A stretch of DNA of 63,856 nt, counting the filler, from Octopus bimaculoides (taxonomy: Eukaryota): the NCBI RefSeq assembly GCF_001194135.2. It is 9 parts of 8 records of this genome, joined end to end, with 100 filler letters (N's around TTAATTAATTAA, not from the genome) between each part and the next. Parts side by side here need not be neighbours in the genome. Positions count along the whole stretch, not along the records: positions 7,518 to 19,081 come from NC_068988.1; positions 19,182 to 20,833 come from NW_026334691.1; positions 20,934 to 25,495 come from NW_026327522.1; 6 more parts are not named here. One strand, 5' to 3'. Under the pieces are notes generated by a model. The model was not told the origin of the DNA, did no database searches, and saw only the letters and a program-made list of their open reading frames with translations. The position numbers and the translations under genes were made by a program. Shown here in pieces: positions 11,641 to 24,453 of the stretch. Within the stretch, counting starts at the first letter, position 1, and every line of letters starts with the position of its first letter.

Positions 11641-11880
11641 TGCTGGCATCACATAAGAAGCACCAGCCATGTTGGCACCATATAAAAAGATACACCTGCT
11701 GGCATCCATACTGGTACCACATAAAAAGTACCCAGTACACCTTGTAATGTGGTTGACATTAGGAAGGACATCCAGCCATAGAAACCATGTCAAAGCAGAC
11801 AATGGAGTCTGGTGCAGCTCTCCAGCCTTGCCAACCCATGCTAGCATGGAAAATGGTTATTAAATGATGATGATGAATTA
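11640..11880 (+). mobile_element. SINE-like family 1 copy
   Basis: GGTTGACATTAGGAAGGACATCCAGCC..GCCAACCCATGCTAGCATGGAAAATGG..ATGATGATGATG. Confidence 0.75.
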
Positions 11881-12261
11881 AACTGCATGGTTATATTTGT
11901 TGCAATTGTTACATGATAATTAGACGACCCTAAGAGCAAGGCCGTATTTGCTAAACTATGTTTATATAAATATATTTTATTTGTCTGCCGGATGCAATTA
12001 GTTGAACTTAGATTTTATAAGTGCAGAGATTAAGCAATCAACAAAGATGTGAGTCTTCGTCCATTGTAGAACCCTTATTCTTGGATGTCTTTCAACAATC
12101 GCAGATTGGAAACTTATAATGCTGGCTATATTAGTCAAGCAAGTGATTAATCCAAAGAATTGATGGAAATAGTAAATGTTGGCAATTCTCAGACCAAATC
12201 TTACCAATTTGTGAGAATACATACATGCATACATACATGCATACATACATACATACATATA

Positions 12262-12305
<44 letters not shown>

Positions 12306-12324
12306 CATACACATATATGTATTC

Positions 12325-13010
12325 TTTTATTCTTTTATTCTTTTATTTGTTTCAGTCATTTGACTGTGGCCATGCTGGAGCACTGCCTTTAGTTGACCAA
12401 ATCAACCCCAAGACTAATTCTTTGGAAGCCTAGTACTTATTCTATTGGTCTTTTTTGCTGAACAGCTAAATTATGGGTACGTAANNNNNNNNNNNNNNNN
12501 NNNNNNNNNNNNNNNNNNNNNNNNNNNNNNNNNNNNNNNNNNNNNNNNNNNNNNNNNNNNNNNNNNNNNNNNNNNNNNNNNNNNNNNNNNNNNNNNNNNN
12601 NNNNNNNNNNNNNNNNNNNNNNNNNNNNNNNNNNNNNNNNNNNNNNNNNNNNNNNNNNNNNNNNNNNNNNNNNNNNNNNNNNNNNNNNNNNNNNNNNNNN
12701 NNNNNNNNNNNNNNNNNNNNNNNNNNNNNNNNNNNNNNNNNNNNNNNNNNNNNNNNNNNNNNNNNNNNNNNNNNNNNNNNNNNNNNNNNNNNNNNNNNNN
12801 NNNNNNNNNNNNNNNNNNNNNNNNNNNNNNNNNNNNNNNNNNNNNNNNNNNNNNNNNNNNNNNNNNNNNNNNNNNNNNNNNNNNNNNNNNNNNNNNNNNN
12901 NNNNNNNNNNNNNNNNNNNNNNNNNNNNNNNNNNNNNNNNNNNNNNNNNNNNNNNNNNNNNNNNNNNNNNNNNNNNNNNNTGTGTATATGTATGTATATA
13001 TATATATATG

Positions 13011-13041
<31 letters not shown>

Positions 13042-13192
13042 ACACACGACGGGCTTCTATCAGTTTCCATCTACCAATCCACTCACAAGGCTTTGGTTGG
13101 CCCAAGGCACTTGCCCAAGGTGCCACGCAAGGGGACAAAACCCGGAACCATGTGGTAGGGTAGTAAGCTACTTACCACATAGCCACTCTTGC
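12325..13192 (-). mobile_element. CORE-like SINE spanning an N-gap located in its internal microsatellite region
   Basis: Tail TTTCAGTCATTTGACTGTGGCCATGCTGGAGCAC at 12350; head half ACTTGCCCAAGGTGCCACGC..CTTACCACATAGCCACTC at 13110-13188. Confidence 0.8.
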
Positions 13193-13454
13193 ATCTATAT
13201 ATATATATATATATCATAATAAAATAGTGTAAAGTATTCTGTGAAATATATTATATAAAATTTGTTGATAAGGCTGGAACAATGTGAAATAAATCCAAAG
13301 CAAATCACATGTGCATCTGCAGCATCCACTAATTCCTGAAGAGGGAGTCATAACCCTGAAATACTGAATGCAGGGTGAGTCACCATTAATTCATATGCTT
13401 GTTTTCTTGTGATTTGCCTTGGATCTGTTTTGCATTGTTCCAGCCTTACCAACA

Positions 13455-13494
<40 letters not shown>

Positions 13495-13556
13495 CTGTTT
13501 ATAGTAGATCTTGATCTTAGCCATATATATATATATGTATATATGTATGTATGTAT

Positions 13557-13937
13557 GTTGGCACTCCGTCGCTTACAACGTTGAAGGTTCAAGTTGATCC
13601 AATCAATGGAACAGCCTGCTCGGGAAATTAACGTGCAAATGGCTGAGCACTCCACTGACACGTGTCCCCTTAACGTAGTTCTCGGGGATATTCAGCGTGA
13701 CACAGTGTGACAAGGCTGACTCTTTGAATTACAGGCACAACAGAAACAGGAAGTAACAGTGAGAGAAAGTCGTGGTAGAGGAGTACAGCAGGGTTCGCCA
13801 CCATCCCCTGCCGGAGCCTCGTGGAGCTTTAGGTGTTTTCGCTCAATAAACACTCACAACGCCCGGTCTGGGAATCGAAATCGCGATCCTATGACCGCGA
13901 GTCCGCTGCCCTAACCAATGGGTCATTGCGCCTCCAC
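13557..13937 (-). mobile_element. Full-length tRNA-derived SINE (family 3)
   Basis: Highly similar to 9071-9468 along its whole length. Confidence 0.88.
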
Positions 13938-14214
13938 ATATGTATGTATGTATGTATGTATACATGCATGTAGTTCAAATTTACAGAAAACAAAAGGTGA
14001 GGGAAAACAAGCAGGTGTATTAGTTTAACACTCAGGAAAAATGGAAGTCTTTTATGTTTTGAGCCTACGCTCTTCCATAGAAAGGATTTAGAAGAAAAAA
14101 TGGAGAGAGAAGAAAAAAAAAAAGAGAAAAAAATGTGCAGAGTTTAACAGTCTAAGATGGTGAAGTGGAAAAAAGAGGCTGAATGAAAGGGAGATAATAA
14201 TAATATGATAATCA

Positions 14215-14520
14215 TCATCATCATCATTGTTTAATGTCCGTTTTCTATGCTAGCATGGGTTGGACGGTTCGACCGGGGTCTGGGAAGCCAGGTGGCTGCA
14301 CCAGGCTCCAGTCTGATCTGGCAGTGTTTCTATAACTGGATGCCCTTCCTAATGCCAACCACTCCGTGAGTGTAGTGGATGCTTTTTACGTGCCACTGGC
14401 ACAGGGGCCAGAGGAGGCTGGCAACAACCATAATTGGATGGTGCATTTTACATGCCACTGGCACAGGTATCACAACAACAGTTTCCATTTGATTTTCATT
14501 TTGATGTTGATGTACTTAAC
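14215..14520 (-). mobile_element. SINE-like family 1 copy
   Basis: (CAT)n, CTATGCTAGCATGGGTTGGACG, GGATGCCCTTCCTAATGCCAACCACTC, TTTTTACGTGCCACTGGCACAGG. Confidence 0.8.
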
Positions 14521-14639
14521 TCAATAGGTCTCCTTAAGCACAGCAGGTTGCCCTACGATCTAAGGTACTTTTGAATGGGCTGGGGTTGGTTATGCGAAAC
14601 TGGGGTAGGATACAGCCGTGAGACTCCCTAACAGTAATT

Positions 14640-15285
14640 AAGGTGCACAAGCATGTGTGTGTATGTAAGAATGGTGTGTGTGAGTGTGTTCGGGTGGATG
14701 GGGTGAGAGTTTGAGTGTCTGTATGTGTGTTTGTGTGTGTGCATGCGTATGTGCTTTGTATATATGTGAGTATGCATATGGATGTGTCTGTGTGTATTGC
14801 GTATAACAGTTGATGGGCGCTTGTTCAGGTGTTGTGTGCACGTTTGTATGGGTGTGTGTGTGTGTGTGTGCCTGTGACCAAATAGTGTGCATGTGTATAG
14901 TGTATGTTTGTGGGTGAAAGATATCTGTATTTGTGCATGTTGCGCGCGTGTGTGTTTGTGTGTGCGTGTGTGTGTATTGCCTGTGTTCAGGTATTATGTG
15001 CTTGTGTGAGTGTGGGCATGTGCATGGTGGTGTATGGTGTTTGTAATGAGTTAAAAAGTGGTGGGGGCTGCTCGTATAGTGGGATGCTATTGAAAAGTGT
15101 GTGTGGGTGTGTGGATAGAGGCGTGTGGTGTGCGTGCTGAGAAGTGTTCAGTGCTAGTGTGTGTGTGGAGTGGGAAGGTGTTTGTGGGTGTGTGTGTAAT
15201 GGTGCGTGAAGTGAGTAATGAGTTGCACAGTGTGTATGGGTGTTTGTATAGTGGTGTGTGTGTGGTATAATATAAACCATTTCCT
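14640..15285. repeat. Degenerate (GT)-rich low-complexity tract
   Basis: Direct inspection. Confidence 0.85.
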
Positions 15286-15604
15286 TAACATATTCACATC
15301 AATAATGGAACTCAAAATATTTATACTGTTTCTGTTGTCATATCTGTGGCACAAAGTTTTGGGTTCAGTCCCACTGTGTGGCACCTTGGACAAGTGTCTT
15401 TTACCATACAGATTGTATTGGGTGCTTTCTCTCATGGCATCATCCCCCTTACCTAGTAACTTGTAAGACAAAGTCCCTTTAACCTGAAGGAGTAGTATTG
15501 AGAGAACTGGCTTTGTTCCAGTAGACAGGAAGTTAAAAGTGTAAAAGAGGAATAGAAAAAGATGTGTTGTAACCAAAGAGATAGAAGGATATCCTAAACA
15601 TTTA

Positions 15605-15913
15605 TGTTGTTGTTGTTCTTCTTTGTTCCTTCTCGAGCCATGCCTGGCTCATAAGGGCTGGTTTCATTAGCGTATAGGTTCCCCACCTGGATGGGACACT
15701 GGTCTGTCGCAGGTGAGTTGCTAGATGCAGGAGGAAAGAATGAGAGAAAGTTGTGGTGAAAGTGTCAGCAGAAGTTTGCCATTACCTTCTGCCGGAGCCC
15801 CGTGGAGCTTAGGTGTTTTGCTCATAAACACACACATCACTCAGTCTGAGATTCGAGCCCACAATGCCTCAACAACGAGTCCACTGTTCTAACCACTAGG
15901 CCATGTGCCTTCA
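15605..15913 (-). mobile_element. Diverged family-3 SINE with a different 3' tail
   Basis: Shares GAGAGAAAGTTGTGGTGAAAG..GCCGGAGCC..GTGGAGCTTAGGTGTTTT and the tRNA head with family 3, but the tail is CCACCTGGATGGGACACTGGTC. Confidence 0.7.
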
Positions 15914-16285
15914 CCAGCATTTATATATGTAATGTGATCTTCAAGTTCTCACCTGAAGATGACAATGGCATGAAACTCATGTTAAGAGACAAACTCTAAG
16001 TTTCAATTTCAATAAATAAATTTTTTTTTAAATATCCTCTGCAGCATTTATTGAGCATTCTTCTCTCATTCTTTTGACATAAACCAATGTACATGCATAT
16101 ATGGATATATAAAATCATAATATTTATATATATATACATATATTGAAGAGCTTTCTAACATTATCTGCTATTTTTACCAAATTCGGTGCTATTTCTTTTA
16201 TATGAAACTGATATGGCAACTATGTCCACTATATCCTAATGATAGAACCACTCTTGAATGGAAACAAACTAAAACGAAAATACAG

Positions 16286-16316
<31 letters not shown>

Positions 16317-16944
16317 CTTCTTGGTAGATGATTGATTATGTAGAAACAGGAGAAAAAGAGAAAATCTTGTTGAAGAAATGGATCGAGGCTATTGGAAAGA
16401 CATAATTCTTTCGTGTATGCTTGACCAAAAAAAAAAAAAAAAGCCAACGAACCAACAATAACATGTAGATGTGAAACAGTTATGTAAAACAAGTAATTAT
16501 ACAGTATTCCTATTGAAGATCAATACAGCCTGATATGTATATATTGATTAACTTGTTTTCTTAGCTGCCCTTTATTAAAAGACTGATTGAATATAGCTTT
16601 ATATAATGCCACGATTTTCTAGATATACAATATGATGTTGCAGTTGTTGTTAATGCTGTTTATCTCTGTCTGGATCAGATGTGATCAGGTAGATATGTAA
16701 TCAAAGGGATTCCAGCCTTGATGACCCAGTTTTCATGCATTGTATTTACATGGATTACATAATTTAATTTGTATTTTTTAAATATTTTTGTTTCTGGATT
16801 AAGGTAGTAGAATGTGATTAAAGGGAAATTTGACTGTTATATTTAGCTCGTCACTTGGCCAGGTAGAGGTTGGTTTCCTCATTAATTCTAGATATACAAT
16901 GTGTGTATTTTTGTGTGTATTGTATGTATATGTATTGTTTTATT

Positions 16945-17135
16945 CTTTTACTTGTTACAGTCATTTGACTGCAGCCATGCTGGAGCACTGCCCTTAGTTG
17001 ACCTCAGGGCTTATTCTTTGTAAACCTAGTACTTATTCTATCAGTCTGTTTTGCCGAACCGCTAAGTTATGGGAATGTAAACACACCAACATCGGTTGTC
17101 AAGCGATGTTGGGGGGACAAACACAGGCACACAAA

Positions 17136-17166
<31 letters not shown>

Positions 17167-17358
17167 TACACACACACACTCACACACTCATATATGACAG
17201 GCTTCTTTCAGTTTCTGTCTACCAAATCCACTGACAAGGCTTTGGTTGGCCCGAAGCTATAGCAGAAAACACTTGCCCAAGGTGCCACGCAGTGGGACTG
17301 AACCCAAAACCATGTGGTTGGTAAGCAAGCTACCTACCACACAGCCACTCCTGACATC
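16945..17358 (-). mobile_element. Full-length CORE-like SINE
   Basis: Tail CAGTCATTTGACTGCAGCCATGCTGGAGCAC, internal (CA)n, CORE ACTTGCCCAAGGTGCCAC, head CTACCACACAGCCACTCCTG. Confidence 0.85.
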
Positions 17359-17439
17359 TNNNNNNNNNNACCATGTGGTTGGTAAGCAAGCTACCTACCA
17401 CACAGCCACTCCTGACATCTTTCTATCTCTCTCTCTGTA

Positions 17440-17960
17440 TCCATCCATCCATCCAGAACACATTCTCTTCCGCTTGTGGAAAGGTTGCGTTCCGATGGTC
17501 AGGTGATCCATTTGCTGCCAACATCCATTAAAAGGAGTGCTGGGCATGCCATGGTTGATGATGCACAGACACGCGCTGAGACTACGACATCTCTAGCTCT
17601 ACGTAGATGACGGTTAACAAGGGTGGTCGCCATTTGTGAGGCACACTTTCCCGCAGATCATCTCCATGACCGAACTGCAGTCGTGGATCAAAAAGAGGCC
17701 GAGGAAGGGCGAGTGGCACTGTGAGTGTCATGTTGCTCTTAAGCAACTCTGCCGTCCCGGGTCAACCTTGAGTGACTTCAACACAATCGAAGCATTCTAT
17801 AGGGGATTAGTGGAGGGGAAGTACGATGACAATCTCGTGGCAAACCTGGGTATTGATGAGGAAAACCTGACCTGCTTGTTCAAGACGACTTTTGACCCGG
17901 GACTTATGGACAACTTCCAGAGATCCCTAGCCTAGCAGTGCTATTGAGAAGCGTGCCACC
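17440..17960 (+). mobile_element. L1/Tx1-like non-LTR retrotransposon ORF2 fragment (upstream of the C-terminal zinc-binding region), pseudogenised
   Basis: GC-richer island; FYRGLVEGKYDDNL..LFKTTFDPGLMDNFQRSLA*QCY*EA has stops where W/R codons are expected (TAG/TGA). Clade call is by recognition only. Confidence 0.55.
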
Positions 17961-18730
17961 AACACGGAAGCCAGTCAAAGCGGCATTGGCATCGGCCACG
18001 TTTGCATGGTGCTTTTTATGTGCTGCCGGCACAGGAGTCACAACTACAATTTCCATTTGATTTGATTTTGATATTGCTGTCGATGTTCATGTACTTGACA
18101 CAATAGGTCTCCTCAAGCACAGACCTCAGCAGAATTTGAACTCAGAGCCTAAAGATATGAAGTACCGGCAAGCATTTTATCCATCATGATAACCATTCTG
18201 CCAGCTCACTGCCTTGATGCTACAGAAATAATATAGAACAAGACTTAGTCTGTTCTTTAAATTTACAATTCTTCAACTTAAAAGATTTCGAGATATTCCA
18301 AGGTTGGTGTACGTATTTTCATTTCTATTTTATATTTTATATTTTGATTTAATATTTTATATTTTCATTTTTAGTGATTCATATCTGCTGTTACAGCACG
18401 GCTGGTTGGTTATATAAGCTGAGTAATTTCCATGGAACATTCAGACGCATTTTCATGGATGAATGATCTTTGTATTACTTAGGAAGTGAGAAGAAGATGC
18501 AATTTAACAATAATATGAAGTAATACGAAGATCAGCAATTGCTTTAGTTCCTTTTTTTTCTTTTTTTGTCTTTCTCAAAAGCTGCGTAAATTAAGCAGAC
18601 AAATGCTAGAATATGATAAAATTAAGCTGGGAAAATTAATGCTTGCAATATGATGAGAATTTTAATATAAGATTTTTTTTTAAAGGAAAGTTATATTGCC
18701 AGTAATGAGAGGCAACTAAAATGTTTGCAA

Positions 18731-18763
<33 letters not shown>

Positions 18764-18884
18764 TCTGTGTTAGGTTAACTAGGAATTCTCAAACGACAAT
18801 ATATGTATATATACATTCATAAACGAATACACACACACACACATGCATACATTTTTATATAAACATGCTTATATATGTATATAT

Positions 18885-19081
18885 AGCTCTTCAAAACGCC
18901 GGTGTTAAAACAGGGGGAGCTGATGAAGGAAAATGTTCTCTATGTGGCTTGTGTGTTTTCTTGTCTACGTTTTGTTTGCAATGTCCTGTACCCAGATATG
19001 CACCTATACATACAGGTGGATGTCGGTATGCACATACCTGTATGTATATATGCATATACTCATTTACTATTTGTTTTATAT
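18885..19081 (+). repeat. Repeat copy nearly identical (inverted) to 56590-56795; Penelope-terminal-like GAAACG..CTGATGAAG motifs
   Basis: AAACGCCGGTGTTAAAAC..GCTGATGAAG..CAATGTCCTGTACCCAGATATGCACCTATACATACAGGTGGATGTCGGTATGC is present in both. Confidence 0.8.
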
Positions 19082-19804
19082 NNNNNNNNNNNNNNNNNNN
19101 NNNNNNNNNNNNNNNNNNNNNNNNNTTAATTAATTAANNNNNNNNNNNNNNNNNNNNNNNNNNNNNNNNNNNNNNNNNNNNTATATATATATATATATAT
19201 TTATATGTGAGTTTACTGGTTACTTACCATTTATTCCATACAGTTTAACGGTTGATTGAAAGTATAAATTTGTATCCTATGTTCCACAAGTACAGCATTG
19301 TTGTTGTAAAAAATTAGTGCATACTCAAATCATAAAACAATGGAATATTTTGATCCCAAATATAACAAAATTTTAATAAACGTTAAATGCCATTTTGCTT
19401 ACCCACAATATTCAACTTTACACGCTCTTGTCAAGTTTGATAATTCATCCTCCATCTGCAATAGTCATATATACATTATTTGTATGGAAATTAAGAAAAG
19501 GGATTGAAATAGTAAAAACAGACGATTTAAATACAATGAGAGACCAAAATAGAAAACAGGACAAGTAAGAACAGAGAACGACCCTTCATCAGTTGTCGGC
19601 TGTCTATATACCCCTCATTTTGTTCATTCACCGTCGATATGAGTATTCGAAGAAATTTGCTGTTCACTATAAGAGTCAGACCGAATAAGCGCCAGGCTTA
19701 CAGGGAATAAATCCAGGGGTAATGTTCTTCTACTAAAAGGTGGTTCACCAGCATGGCAACCATCAAATGACTGAAACAATTAAAAGAATAAAAGAATACG
19801 AGAA

Positions 19805-20833
19805 AAATGCACGGTACCACTAATCTTGGAAGGTTTTCCGAATATGCACGGTTTATTTTAAGGCTAAATAGTAAAGTGGCCGGAAGTGCATAAATAAAAA
19901 TCCGACATCTGTTACAATAAGCTTTTTACACGAATTGTTCGCCAGGCATAGTATTCCGGGTATCACCGTGTCTAATAATGGAGCTCAATTTACGTCAGAC
20001 GAGTTCACAAAATTTTGTAAGATGTTCATTATCGAACTTGTCGCTACTTCGCCCTTTCGTCCTAAGTCAAATGGACAAGTGGAGCGATTGCTGACACTCT
20101 CAAGAAGACATTGAAAAACTCGAACAATGAAGTGATGGATGATTTTGCACTCCAACCATTTCTAATATATATCGACTAATAACTAATCTGAATAGACCGT
20201 CGGGAATGTCACTTGCAGAATTGATGTTTGCTAGAATGGTCAAATCTGTTTTCGGTAAGTTGATACCGAGTGAAAATTAGAAGGGGCGAACAACAAAAAT
20301 ACTTAAAGAATACTTAAAATGTTAGGTGACATAGTTTTTTTAAGCCTATAGATATGGTAAAGAAAGCTGGAACGACGGTGTAATTATGAAACAAATTGAA
20401 AGAATGGTATTCGTGTTAAAAAATTTTGAATACAAAAACATATTAACCAGCCTGAGAAAAAAATGCCCGGATGAAACAGTTACGAGAAATTAAATGATAT
20501 CCTGATGGAGGTAATGTACGTCACACTTGAGGTACCAACAGACAAACAATTTGTACTACACTTTCTAGCAGCAGAATACGGAACAGAACGGAACACTAAA
20601 ATTGAACCCTTTACGTATAAATATCTAAAATCGGAGCGGAGTTCAATTCTGAAAAAGGGAAAAGATAGGAGAGACTGATTCTAAAAAGGGGTGATGTTGT
20701 GGAAGAATTCCGACCCCTCCCCTTCAGTAAGTAAAGGTACACTGGCTCGTTGTTATAAATTAAAGAGCTGTGAGCGATAGGCAAATTCCTGTTGGTAGCA
20801 TTTCATTGTGAGCGTTTAATATAGATCCTTGAG
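19805..20833 (+). mobile_element. Ty3/Gypsy LTR retrotransposon remnant: integrase, polypurine tract, start of 3' LTR
   Basis: VSNNGAQFTSDEFTKFCKMF..SPFRPKSNGQVER (integrase core, frameshifted); PPT AAAAAGGGGTGA at 20683-20694 followed by TGTTG at 20695. Confidence 0.85.
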
Positions 20834-20933
20834 NNNNNNNNNNNNNNNNNNNNNNNNNNNNNNNNNNNNNNNNNNNNTTAATTAATTAANNNNNNNNNNN
20901 NNNNNNNNNNNNNNNNNNNNNNNNNNNNNNNNN

Positions 20934-21099
20934 GTTACAACAAGACCAGATACAGGTACTCTGGAAGTTTGTCCTTCGGATGCTGTCGTCAGCTCTGTAG
21001 TAATTGTAGTCTTAGAAGTGGGTATATAAATTGCAGATGTTTGTCCTTTTGCTGGAGTGGTCAGTTCTCTTGAAGTGAAAGTCCTGGAAGATGTAAACC
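20934..21099 (-). CDS. Partial exon, Thr/Ser-rich mucin-like (GFTSSRTFTSRELTTPAKGQTSAIYIPTSKTTITTELTTASEGQTSRVPVSGLVVT), cut by linker gap
   Basis: Acceptor CTATACCTATTTCAG (AG at 21101-21100), phase 1, open frame to the scaffold end; same strand and scaffold as the 24454-24851 exon. Confidence 0.7.
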
Positions 21100-23896
21100 C
21101 TGAAATAGGTATAGATACTGTAAATATTAGTTGCTTAAGCAGAGTTGTCTGTATTTTTTCTTGTAACTGTGTGGTGTAAAATTTGGCAATGTTTGATTAA
21201 TTCCTGTTGAACATAGAATTATTAGCATGCAACATATGAAGAGAGCATTAATTCATAGAAAGTCAAAAGAATAAATAAAGGTGGTGCCCCAGCATGGCCA
21301 CAGTCAAATGACTGAAACAAGCAAAAGATAGCCATGGATGTTGTACTTCATGGCTGAGTTATTAAGAAGCAGGGAGGGATAATATTGGGAGTGTGGGATG
21401 AATGCTAATGGAAGCATTTTGATGGAGAGGAAGAGGTAACTTATAGCTCAAAGGGGATGAAATATGAGGTGGATGGATTTAAGGGTATCGTGAAAGGGGC
21501 CTGGTTGGGTGCTCAACCTTCTGAGTTCTTTTACAGGGCTTAGAAAAACTGAGGAACTGCTGCAACAAGTGTGTGAATCTGAAAGAGGAATATGTTGAAT
21601 AAAATCCTTCTGTATTTTCTTTTACCCAAAGCCAGGAACTTTTCAGCTTATGGTTACAGTAGCTAAATAGTGCTGTAGTTAGGAGAGTGATGGAGGGAGT
21701 GGTGGGTCTTGGAAGATGAGAGGTGGGGAATGCTTAATGGAGCAGATTGGGTTGCTACATTTGCTCTTGGTGTCTCTGAAAAGAAAGAAGTGTAAAAGTG
21801 CTTCTGCAAATAGTTATCAAATGTGAAGAATGCATAGAAGAAAGACGGTCTTCCTTACATGGATCCAACTATTTTTTTTTTTTTTGCCCCTCCCAATCCT
21901 TCTTCCCCAGGAACAATTAACTTCAGTAGGATTAGCTGCCTTGTAGTTCATGGAAGTAAGATGATATCTGGTTTTAACAAGGTCTGGGTGATATGAAACA
22001 GAGATTTCAGCTGCTTCTCCAGGACAGCTTCCATCACCTAGTCAGGAGTTGTGGAAAGCAAACCATTGGCGCTATTCTTCGGTCTTTTCTTTGGTCACTC
22101 TCCTTTTTTAACAGAGCTTGTCTTTCTACTAAATTCTGGACGTTTCTGCTGTCACTGTTTCTCTGGCTGATGGCTTTAACGATGGTCATGAGTCTGTTTG
22201 TGTTTCTCCCGACCCCCACTGCTTGACTACTGTACATACAACTAGTATTTACATCCTTGTAACTTAGCAATTCGGCAAAAGAGATTGACAGAATAAGTAC
22301 TAGGTTTTTTAAAAAATGAGCAGTTGGGGTCAATATATTTGACTAAAAATTCTTCAAGGTGTTACTCCAATATGACCACAGTCTAATGACTGAAACAAGT
22401 AAAAGATTAAAAAATGAAAATGAACACTGATTTGAAGATTTCAGCATGTATGGAAGACAACTTTAGACAAACATTGGTCTTATCAGACCACTTCATCAAA
22501 GAATGGACTGCCACAGACATAGAAATGCCACGATGAAAGAACTACAAAATAAATGCCGCATTATATATACTTGTAGGCGTAGAAAAGTAGAAACATTCAG
22601 AAAATGAATTGAGACATTATTTGAAATGAAAACAAGAAACACAAAGTCAAGTTAAGAGAACATATTTAAAGCAGAAAGCATGAAGGACAAATATCACTAA
22701 AATAAGATCACAACACAAAATAATGGACAAGGAAATACTGATAACAAGACAACACTAACTTGTACAGGAAGGCAAAACTAGAAAACCACGTCATATGACA
22801 GAAAAACTGAGGACTAATCAAAAACTAAAAAAAAACCAGTGACAAAAATATGTAATTGTATTGTTATGGAAAATGGAGAAATTAGTTGACGATACAGTTA
22901 GAAGTAATAAGGTGTGGTAACACAAAACATGAGACTTAAACAACACATCAGGGCAACTGTAGCATGAGCAGAGATTTAGTTTGTTACTTACGAAACAATG
23001 GCTCAAAGCAGCCATGGATATCCAATAAAAGTTTCACACTTTTACTAGCATCGAGTCTATCAGTTATATATATTTGTATGTGATGGGCTTGGAAACCAGA
23101 TGGGAAATATACAGAATCGGTAGCAGAGAATTGCTGAAAATATCAAAAATCTTATGAAACATTCTAATATCATCAAAGAACATTCTGAAAAAATCTTCAC
23201 CTGCAACAAAAATTAATCCTCTACAAAGATCTTGTGAGAGCCACAATGGAGTCCTGCATTCATATCTGCAACAGTTACTACTTCTAACACACACACACAA
23301 ACATCCTGAGTGACTGACATTGAGTTACCCACCAATGTACTCCAGCGCCTGGTGCACAAATGCACTGTGTCCTCTCTCTGCCTTTACCACTACTACAGTG
23401 GTCTATGCTCTTGGCTCCTATATTATTCCCAGTTCATTCATTGCCCCTGTCATTCTCAACCAATACGGTACTGTCCAGGCCCTTCATAAACCACCAGGGC
23501 AGGACTAAGGTCCATAGGGGCCCTAAGCATTTAAAAGATTTTGACACCCCCAAAATATAAACAGCAATAAACCATAAAATAATTTTTTGTTTTCAAAATG
23601 AAACAAAACTAACAATAAGATGGAAAATAATGTTTGCTTTGTATACTGTACTCCTGTTGTTAATATTAGATAAGTCTTCTACTTTTTTAAAATTAAAATG
23701 TTTGATCAAACACTCAAAATTAATCTTAGGTAACACTTCTGCTTCTATATTTAGTTGAGATAAGGCATCCAGCCTGCCTTGTTGCATAATTATTTGGATG
23801 GGATTTTTAATTTGCTTCAACTGAGAAAATGAACACTAACCTAGGCAATTTGTGACCATTACATACATACACAAATATCACAAAATGAGAATGAGT

Positions 23897-24116
23897 TCTT
23901 TATTTATGGATTAAGGATGCCATAGGTTTCATGTAAGGGAATACCTCAACAATTCTGAAGCCTATCACATGGTACATCAGTGTTTGTCTCAATTTAGGAT
24001 TAAAACATTTTAATCCAAAATGGAATTGAACACCGATGTTTCCAAGTGTTAGGCTTGATAATTGTGAGGTATTTTTTCACATGAAACCTATGGTAAACTT
24101 GATACACAAATAAAGA
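23897..24116. mobile_element. Degenerate fold-back MITE with ~70-bp inverted arms
   Basis: TCTTTATTT..CCATAGGTTTCATGT..AATACCTCA..AAGCCTA versus TAGGCTT..TGAGGTATT..ACATGAAACCTATGG..AAATAAAGA. Confidence 0.7.
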
Positions 24117-24118
24117 TT

Positions 24119-24153
<35 letters not shown>

Positions 24154-24453
24154 TTGATAGATAAAAATATATACAAGGGCCTTCCTCAAAATAACACAGA
24201 CATCCTCTCTTTCAAACACGAAATATCTATGTCATTTTAATAAATACTTCATATTTAATTCAAATTTGATGAGCAATTAATGATTTCTATTTCCTCATCT
24301 TTGTTACTTATTTGTAATATGAAGTCATATAAAAAGCAATAATTANNNNNNNNNNTTTGATGAGCAATTAATGATTTCTATTTCTTCATCTTTGTTACTT
24401 ATTTGTAATATGAAGTCATATAAAAAGCAATAATTATATCACTCAGTAACTAC

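Noticed and set aside
17312-17420. Short direct duplications flanking 10-N gaps (also 24270-24437, 31525-31693, 43345-43445, 55187-55350)
   Set aside because: Typical unmerged contig overlaps.
23064-23560. Short ORFs and an acceptor-like TTGCAG in the mucin-gene intron
   Set aside because: No frame gives a plausible domain continuation or matching splice phases.
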